A stretch of 29,108 bases of DNA from Candidatus Limnocylindrales bacterium. Its GTDB lineage: Bacteria; Chloroflexota; Limnocylindria; Limnocylindrales; CSP1-4. Numbering within the stretch: the stretch's first letter is position 1; each line of letters starts with the position of its first letter. This document shows positions 23,298 to 29,108 of this stretch, piece after piece. The DNA lies in assembly GCA_044449605.1 (NCBI GenBank), contig JBIOIE010000001.1, positions 1 through 29,108 on the forward strand, written 5' to 3'. Position numbers and translations under genes: made by a program. The notes beneath the pieces were generated by a model, which did no database searches, was not told the origin of the DNA, and saw only the letters and a list, made by a program, of their open reading frames with translations.

Positions 23298-25213
23298 CAG
23301 GCGACCGGGGCGGCGAGCTTCTCGACGCGCACGGCCGCGGCCTTGAACTCGGCCGTGCCCGAGCGGGGGTCGGTGGCGTTGATCGTCAGCAGGTTCGTGG
23401 CCACGTCGTCCGGGAAGTGGAGGGTCATGAAGGCCAGCCCCGGCCGCAGTTCGGGATCGACCCGCGCCTCGACCTCGACCTCGCCGCGTCGGGAGCGGAC
23501 ACGCACCCGCTCGCCCTGGGCGAGCCCCAGGCCGGCCATGTCCTCGGGCGACAGCTCGACGGCCTCGCCCCGGCGCAGAGGCGAGGTATAGCCGCCGGTC
23601 TGGACGCCCGTATTGAACGAATCGAGCCGCCGCCCCGTGGTCAGACGGATCGGATACTCGTCGTCGAGCGCGTCGACGGGCGGCTCCTGGTCGACCAGGC
23701 TGAAGGGTGCCCGGGGGCCGACGACGGGGTCTTCCCACAGCCGGCTGTGCAGGAACAGTTCGCCCGGGTGCTGCTCGTCGTAGCACGGCCACTGGATGCC
23801 GCCCAGGGCCTCGAGCCGGGCGTAGCTCATGCCCCGATGGACGGGCGAGAGCGAGCGGACCTCGTTCCAGACCTCCTCGGCCGTCGGGTGGCCCCAGTCG
23901 TGGCCCATCCGCCGGGCCAGCTCGACGACGATGTCGAGGTCGTCGCGGGCCTGGCCGGGCAGCTCCAGGGCCTTGTGGACGCGCTGCACGCGCCGCTCCG
24001 AGGAGGTGACCGTGCCCTCGCTCTCGGCCCACATGGCGCTGGCCGGGAAGACGACGTCGGCGATCTGGGCGGTCTTGGTCAGGAACATGTCCTGGACCAC
24101 GAGGAGGTCGAGGCCCTCGAGGAGGTGGCGCGCCTCGTTCTGATCCGCCTCGGACTGGACGGGGTTCTCGCCGACGACGTAGAGCGCGGTCAGCTCGCCG
24201 CGATCCATGGCCTCGAACATGCCCGACAGGTGCCAGCCGCGCCTGGGCGGAACTTTCGCGCCCCAGGCCGCATCGAACTTCGCGCGCAGCTCGTCGTTCT
24301 CGACGTGCTGGAAGCCAGGCAGCCGGTCGGGCAGGGCGCCCATGTCGCCGCCGCCCTGGACGTTGTTCTGGCCGCGCAAGGGGTTGAGGCCGCTGCCGTA
24401 CTTGCCGACGTGGCCGGTGAGTAGGGCGAGGTTGATGAGGGCGACGACGTTGTCGACGGCGTTGTGGTGCTCGGTGATGCCCAGCGTCCAGCAGATCATG
24501 GCCCGGTCGGCCTGGGCGTAGGCGCGGGCGACCTCGGCGATCAGGGCACCGGGGACGCCGGTCTCGCGCTCGGCGTACTCGAGCGTGAAGGGCTCGACGT
24601 GGGCCTTGAAGGCCTCGAAGTCGGTCGTGGCCCGCTCGATGAACTCGCGATGCTCCAGCCCCGCGGCGATGATCTCGCGGGCCATCGCGTTGGCCAGGGC
24701 GATGTCGGAGCCGACGTCCAGGCCGAGCCAGGCATCGGCCCACTGCGCGGAGGTCGTCCGGCGCGGGTCGACGGCGTAGAGGCGCGCCCCGCGATTGACG
24801 CCCTTGAGCAGGTGGTGGAAGAAGATCGGGTGGGTCTCACGGGCATTGGAGCCCCAGAGGAGGACGAGATCCGTCTCCTCGATCTCCTGGTATGAGTTGG
24901 TGCCGCCCCCGGCCCCGAAGATGGTCGCCAGACCGACGACGCTCGGGGCGTGTCAGGTCCGGTTACAGCTGTCGATGTTGTTGCTGCCGATGACCGTCCG
25001 GGCGAACTTCTGGGTCATGAAGTTCAGCTCGTTGGTCGCCTTCGAGCAGCTGAACAGCCCGAAGGTCGTCGGACCGTGGGCATCGACCGCCTTGCGGAAC
25101 CCGTCGGCGGCCCGGTCGAGGGCCTCGTCCCAGGTGGCGGGACGGAGGACGCCGGTGTGCCGGTCGCCGTCACGGACGAGGGGCTGGGTGAGCCGGACGT
25201 ACGGTTTCGCCAT
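23297..25213 (-). CDS. Selenocysteine-containing formate dehydrogenase catalytic (Mo/W-bisPGD) subunit; Sec at UGA 24955-24953
   Basis: ORFs 24953..25213 and 23297..24685 join in frame across one TGA, giving NNIDSCNRT-U-HAPSV (FdhF-type Sec-His). Also LRGQNNVQGGGDMG (active-site Arg), LTTGRR and AEFKAAAVRV. AAGGAG RBS; SECIS and the Sec machinery are adjacent. Confidence 0.95.
24912..24949 (-). promoter_or_regulatory. Bacterial SECIS element
   Basis: 3' of the UGA: lower stem GCCCCGAG/UUCGGGGC (+4..+11/+34..+41), upper stem GUCGUC/GGCGAC (+13..+18/+24..+29), apical loop GGUCU, resembling the E. coli fdhF SECIS loop. Confidence 0.88.
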
Positions 25214-25246
25214 GGGCGCTCCTTGTCTGTAGGGGAGGCTGGACCG

Positions 25247-25252
25247 AGTGTA
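25247..25252 (-). promoter_or_regulatory. Putative -10 element (TACACT) for the FDH operon
   Basis: TACACT on the minus strand, 33 nt upstream of ATG 25213, followed by an AAGGAG RBS. Confidence 0.45.
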
Positions 25253-25269
25253 ACCCGGGCGGGGACGAC

Positions 25270-26133
25270 CTAGTCGGCGCCGATCCGCTGGCCGCCGGTG
25301 TAGACGTTGAAGCGGTCGCCACGGAGGAAGCCGACGAGGGTCAGGCCGAAGGTGTGGGCGACGTGGATGGCCAGGCTCGACGGCGCCGAGACCGCGGCCA
25401 GGAGTGGGACGCCGGCGGCCACGGCCTTCTGGGCCAGCTCGAACGAGGTCCGGCCGCTGACCATCACGGCCCGGTCGTGGAGCGGCAGCTCCCCAGCGAG
25501 CATGGCTGCGCCGACCAGCTTGTCGACGGCGTTATGGCGCCCGACGTCCTCGCGCAGGCGGACGAGGACGCCGTCCGGCGTGAAGAGCCCCGCCGCATGG
25601 AGGCCACCGGTCAGCTCGAAGGTCGCCTGGGCCTCGCGCAGCGTCTGCGGGAACGCGGTGAGGGTGCGCCAGGAGAAGGTGGGCCCGGCGGGGAGCGGGT
25701 CGAGGTCGACGCGCAGGGCGTCGAGGGCGGCCGCGCCGCAGATCCCGCACGCGGACGCCGCGACGAGGTTGCGCTGCCAGCCGACCGGCTCGGCGTCAGG
25801 ACGGGGCCGGGCGAGGCGCAGGTCGACGAGGTTCTCGGCCTCGGCGATCGCGCTCAAGGGGAGGTCGATCGTCCCCTCCGGGATGCCCGAGGCGGCGAGG
25901 GCCGCACCGGCCAGGTCGTCGAGGCCCAAGATGAGGCCCTCCGCGAAGAGCAGGCCGAGGACCAACTCGAGGTCGTGGCCCGGTGTGCGCATGACGACGG
26001 CGAAGGGCTCGCCGTCGAGGACGATCTGGAGGGGTTCCTCGGCGGCAACGACATCGTCGGCCGGCTCGTGCGCTCCCGCTGACCAGCGTTCGATGTGGGC
26101 GGGCCGATCCGGCCCGGGGCCGCGGTCGGTCAT
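25270..26133 (-). CDS. fdhD: Formate dehydrogenase accessory sulfurtransferase
   Basis: VAAEEPLQI, VMRTPGHDLELVLGLLFAEG, SACGICG, FELTGGLHAAGLF, REDVGRHNAVDKLVG, VSGRTSFELAQKA, AVSAPSSLA. Confidence 0.95.
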   Translation of the reverse strand: MTDRGPGPDRPAHIERWSAGAHEPADDVVAAEEPLQIVLDGEPFAVVMRTPGHDLELVLGLLFAEGLILGLDDLAGAALAASGIPEGTIDLPLSAIAEAENLVDLRLARPRPDAEPVGWQRNLVAASACGICGAAALDALRVDLDPLPAGPTFSWRTLTAFPQTLREAQATFELTGGLHAAGLFTPDGVLVRLREDVGRHNAVDKLVGAAMLAGELPLHDRAVMVSGRTSFELAQKAVAAGVPLLAAVSAPSSLAIHVAHTFGLTLVGFLRGDRFNVYTGGQRIGAD

Positions 26134-26141
26134 GGGCAGGC

Positions 26142-27215
26142 TCAGGCGGTGAGCCGGACGCCCTCGCCCGACTCCACGCGCCCGATCCGCCGGGCGCCGA
26201 TGCCCGCGGCGCTGAGGCCGGCCAGGACGCCGGCCACGTGCTCGTCCGATACCGCGGCGAGCAGACCGCCCGAGGTCTGCGGGTCGAAGGCGAGGACCAC
26301 GCGGGCGGGCTCGACGTCCGCGTCGAGCGCGAGGGTGGGGGCGGCAAAGCGCCGGTTGTGGGCGGCGCCATCCGTCTCGACCCCGGCGGCTGCAAGCTCG
26401 AGCGCACCATCCAGTGCGGGGAGGGACCCTGCCTCGATGACGAAGCGGGTGCCGGACGCTCGAGCCATCTCGGTCGCATGGCCGAGCAGGCCGAAGCCGG
26501 TGACGTCGGTCGCGGCACGGACGCCCGCTTCGACGAGCACCTCCGAGGCCGCCCGGTTGAGCGACCGCATCGAGGCGATCGCCCCTTCGAGGTCGGTCGG
26601 TGCGGTGCGGCCCTGGCGGCGGCCGCTGACGAGCAGACCGGTGCCGAGGGGCTTGGTGAGCAGGAGCGTTTCGCCCGGTCGGGCTCCGCCCTTGCGCAGG
26701 ATCCGGTCCGGCCGCACTGCCCCGATGACCGCGAGGCCGTACTTCGGCTCCGGGTCGCGGATGGTGTGGCCGCCGGCGAGCACGCCACCCGCTTCGCGCA
26801 CGGTGGCCTGGGCGCCTCGGAAGATGGCCGCCATCGCCTCGCGCGGCAGGTCCTCGGGAAAGGCGGCGATGCTCAGCGCGAAGAGGACCCGGCCGCCCAT
26901 CGCGAACACGTCGCTGACGGCGTTCGCGGCGGCGATCGCCCCATATGTCTCGGGGTCGTCGACGAGCGGGGGGAAGAAGTCGAGCGTGCCAACGATGGCG
27001 AGATCGTCCGACACGCGGTAGACGGCGGCGTCGTCCGGGGCATCGAGCCCGACCAGGAGGGCCTCCGGCGAGGCGTCCGCGCCGAGGCCCGCGAGCGCCT
27101 CGGCCAGGAGGTCCGCACCGAGCTTGGCGGCGCAACCGCCGCACGAGGTCAGGCTGGTCAGGGCGGTCGACGGGCGAAGGGTCGGCGGCGGCGCGGAGGG
27201 GACGCGGGCCGGCAT
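26142..27215 (-). CDS. selD: Selenide, water dikinase (Cys form)
   Basis: LTSCGGCAAKLG, DDAAVY, TLDFFPPLVDDP, AAANAVSDVFAMGG, GGHTI, ATDVTGFGLLGH, DPQTSGGLL. Confidence 0.96.
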   Translation of the reverse strand: MPARVPSAPPPTLRPSTALTSLTSCGGCAAKLGADLLAEALAGLGADASPEALLVGLDAPDDAAVYRVSDDLAIVGTLDFFPPLVDDPETYGAIAAANAVSDVFAMGGRVLFALSIAAFPEDLPREAMAAIFRGAQATVREAGGVLAGGHTIRDPEPKYGLAVIGAVRPDRILRKGGARPGETLLLTKPLGTGLLVSGRRQGRTAPTDLEGAIASMRSLNRAASEVLVEAGVRAATDVTGFGLLGHATEMARASGTRFVIEAGSLPALDGALELAAAGVETDGAAHNRRFAAPTLALDADVEPARVVLAFDPQTSGGLLAAVSDEHVAGVLAGLSAAGIGARRIGRVESGEGVRLTA

Positions 27216-27256
27216 GGGTCGATGATACGTCCGGGTCGCGGCGCTACCATCGCGCC
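27216..27256. promoter_or_regulatory. 41-bp divergent promoter between selD and selC
   Basis: Minus strand: TATCAT (27227-27222), 6 nt before the selD ATG. Plus strand: TACCAT (27245-27250), 6 nt before tRNA G1. Confidence 0.6.
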
Positions 27257-27354
27257 GGGAGCGGAGGGGTTCCGGTGGGCTCCCCGGTCTTCAAAACCGG
27301 TGGCGCCGCGCTTCGACGTGGCACGGTGGGTTCGACTCCCATGCGCTCCCGCCA
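27257..27354 (+). tRNA. selC: tRNA-Sec (anticodon UCA)
   Basis: Acceptor GGGAGCG/CGCUCCC; 6-bp D stem GGGUUC/GGGCUC with CGGU loop; anticodon stem CCGGU/ACCGG with loop CU-UCA-AA (TCA 27291-27293); long variable arm; T arm GUGGG-UUCGACU-CCCAU; ends in encoded GCCA. Lies between selD and selA. Confidence 0.97.
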
Positions 27355-27371
27355 CACCGTCCGGAGGGCGG

Positions 27372-28745
27372 ATGACCCGACCCGAATCCGACCGACCGCC
27401 CAGCCGACCACCCAGCGTCGAGCGGCTCCTCGCCACCGCGGCCCCCCGCCTCGGCGAACGGGAGCACGCCGCCGTGCTTGCCGCCGCGCGCGAGGTCGTC
27501 GCGGAGGAGCGGCTGGACACCCGGGCCGGGGCGGCCCCGCGGACCGTCGCCGACCTCGCCGACGCGCTGGTCGAGCGCCTTGGGGCGCTTGCCGACGGGG
27601 GCCTCGTGCCGGCCATCAACGCGACCGGCGTCATCCTGCACACGAATCTCGGCCGCGCGCCCTGGTCCGAGGCGGCCATCCGGGCCGCCGGCCAGGCCGC
27701 GGCCGGCGCCTCGCTCCTGGAGATGGATGGGGCAACCGGCCGGCGTGGTGCGCGCTTCCGGGCGGCGGAGGACCACCTCGTGGCCCTCACCGGCGCCGGG
27801 GATGCCCTGGTCGTCAACAACAACGCCGCGGCGGTGGCCCTGGCCGTGGGCCTCGCCGGCCGCGGTCGGGGGGTGGCCATCGCCCGCGGGGAGCTGGTCG
27901 AGATCGGCGGGGGTGTCCGTATCCCCGAGATCATCCGTCGGGCCGGCCTGCGCCTCGTCGAGGTCGGCACCACGAACCGGACGCGGCTGGCCGACTATCG
28001 CGAGGTGGCGGCGGCTGGCCAGGCGGCCCTGATCCTGCGCGTCCACGCCTCGAATTTTCGGATGGAAGGGTACGTCGAGAGCCCGGACGCGGGCGAGCTG
28101 GCCGCCCTCGCCCACGAGTTCGGCCTTCCGCTCGTCGACGACCTGGGCAGCGGTGCGCTGCTCGACACGGCGGTCTTCGGCCTGGCCCATGAGCCGACCC
28201 CGGCCGAGGTCCTGGCCGCCGGCGCGGACCTGGTGACCTTCAGCGGCGACAAGCTCGTCGGCGGGCCGCAGGCCGGCCTCATCACCGGGCGGGCCGATCT
28301 CATCGCCCGTTTGCGCCGTGACCCGCTGGTCCGCGCGATGCGGGCTGACAAGGTCACGCTCGCCGCACTTGCGGCGACGCTGGCGCTCTACCGTGCCGGC
28401 CGGGCGCTCGCCGAGATCCCGGTGTGGCGGATCATCGCCGCGCCACCGGAAGGGCTCGAGGCGCGTGCCCGGGCACTGGCGAGCGACCGTCCGGAAGCGC
28501 GCGTGGTGCCACTCCTGGCCACCGTCGGGGGCGGTTCGCTGCCGGGCGAGACGCTGCCCTCCTGGGGCCTCTCCCTCGCCGCGCGGTCGGCGGAGCGCCT
28601 TCTCGCCCGCCTGCGAAGCGGCCGGCCCGCCGTCGTCGGCCGGATCGGCGCTGGCGCCGTGCTGCTCGACCTGCGCACCGTGGCCCCGGCGGACGACGCC
28701 CTGCTTGCCGCCGCGCTGGCGACCGCCCTCGCCGCCGAGCCGTGA
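27372..28745 (+). CDS. selA: L-seryl-tRNA(Sec) selenium transferase
   Basis: [61 protein letters not shown] (PLP Lys). GGAGG RBS. Confidence 0.97.
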   Translation: MTRPESDRPPSRPPSVERLLATAAPRLGEREHAAVLAAAREVVAEERLDTRAGAAPRTVADLADALVERLGALADGGLVPAINATGVILHTNLGRAPWSEAAIRAAGQAAAGASLLEMDGATGRRGARFRAAEDHLVALTGAGDALVVNNNAAAVALAVGLAGRGRGVAIARGELVEIGGGVRIPEIIRRAGLRLVEVGTTNRTRLADYREVAAAGQAALILRVHASNFRMEGYVESPDAGELAALAHEFGLPLVDDLGSGALLDTAVFGLAHEPTPAEVLAAGADLVTFSGDKLVGGPQAGLITGRADLIARLRRDPLVRAMRADKVTLAALAATLALYRAGRALAEIPVWRIIAAPPEGLEARARALASDRPEARVVPLLATVGGGSLPGETLPSWGLSLAARSAERLLARLRSGRPAVVGRIGAGAVLLDLRTVAPADDALLAAALATALAAEP

Positions 28746-29108
28746 CCGTCGTCGTCGGTACGGCCGGCCACGTCGACCACGGCAAGACCGCCCTCCTCCA
28801 GGCGCTGACCGGCATCGACGCCGACCGCCTGCCCGAAGAGCGCCGGCGGGGCATGACCGTCGACCTCGGCTACGCCCACATGACCCTGGCCAGCGGGAGC
28901 GTGCTGGACTTCGTCGACGTCCCGGGCCACGACCGGCTGGTCGGCAACATGCTTGTCGGCGCGGGCGAGATCGATGCCGCCCTGCTCGTCGTGGCCGCCG
29001 ATGAGGGCATCGGCGCCCAGACCCGCGAGCATCTCGGCCTGCTCGACGCCCTCGGCATCGAAGACGGCCTGATCGCCCTGACCAAGCTCGACCTCCTCGC
29101 CCCGGACG
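28742..29108 (+). CDS. selB: Selenocysteine-specific elongation factor (3'-truncated by window edge)
   Basis: [64 protein letters not shown] overlaps the selA stop. Confidence 0.96.
   Translation, partial: MTVVVGTAGHVDHGKTALLQALTGIDADRLPEERRRGMTVDLGYAHMTLASGSVLDFVDVPGHDRLVGNMLVGAGEIDAALLVVAADEGIGAQTREHLGLLDALGIEDGLIALTKLDLLAPD

Noticed and set aside
24953-25213. 86-aa stand-alone ORF and separate 462-aa ORF 23297..24685
   Set aside because: They are one gene joined by Sec readthrough of the UGA at 24955-24953.
27264-27343. G-G mismatch at the eighth acceptor-stem pair of tRNA-Sec
   Set aside because: All other tRNA-Sec elements are canonical, and from recollection a non-Watson-Crick pair at this junction occurs in other bacterial tRNA-Sec; not evidence of a pseudogene.
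118-29085. Numerous long alternative-frame ORFs rich in Arg/Gly/Pro/Ala (e.g. 496..2961-, 6226..8028-, 11704..14022+, 14879..17002-, 20539..21939+, 21480..23591+)
   Set aside because: They are shadow ORFs expected in very GC-rich DNA. They overlap well-supported genes, have no recognisable motifs and have low-complexity composition.
1-29108. CRISPR arrays, IS elements, rRNA, integrase or att-type direct repeats
   Set aside because: None seen on reading either strand; the FG-GAP and LysM repeats are protein-level repeats only.

Overview
A very GC-rich, densely coding bacterial window; my low-confidence inference from gene content is a Chloroflexota-like lineage. No CRISPR array, transposase or integrase is visible. 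From left to right it carries: two GH57-type alpha-glucan enzymes; a minus-strand DUF885 / Zn-alcohol dehydrogenase / GNAT run; envelope genes (4-TMS holin-like, TPM+DUF2207-like, membrane LysM protein, DUF4349-like lipoprotein, two tandem SpoIID/LytB-like proteins); Ni-superoxide dismutase sodN with its maturation protease sodX; an LLM-class F420-type oxidoreductase; a Rieske ferredoxin; an amidohydrolase / phosphotriesterase-like / ArsC-Spx-like operon; and a vapBC-like toxin-antitoxin pair. The right third is a self-contained selenium/formate island: mobA, a split NAD-linked formate dehydrogenase whose catalytic subunit has an in-frame UGA (Sec) plus a SECIS hairpin, fdhD, selD, tRNA-Sec (selC), selA and the 5' part of selB. 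The most notable signals are the split, gene-order-permuted Sec-FDH lacking one Fe-S motif, the domain-shuffled SpoIID-like tandem pair with a long structured leader, and repeated leaderless promoter geometry that includes the tRNA-Sec gene itself. All family calls come from manual motif recognition, not database searches.
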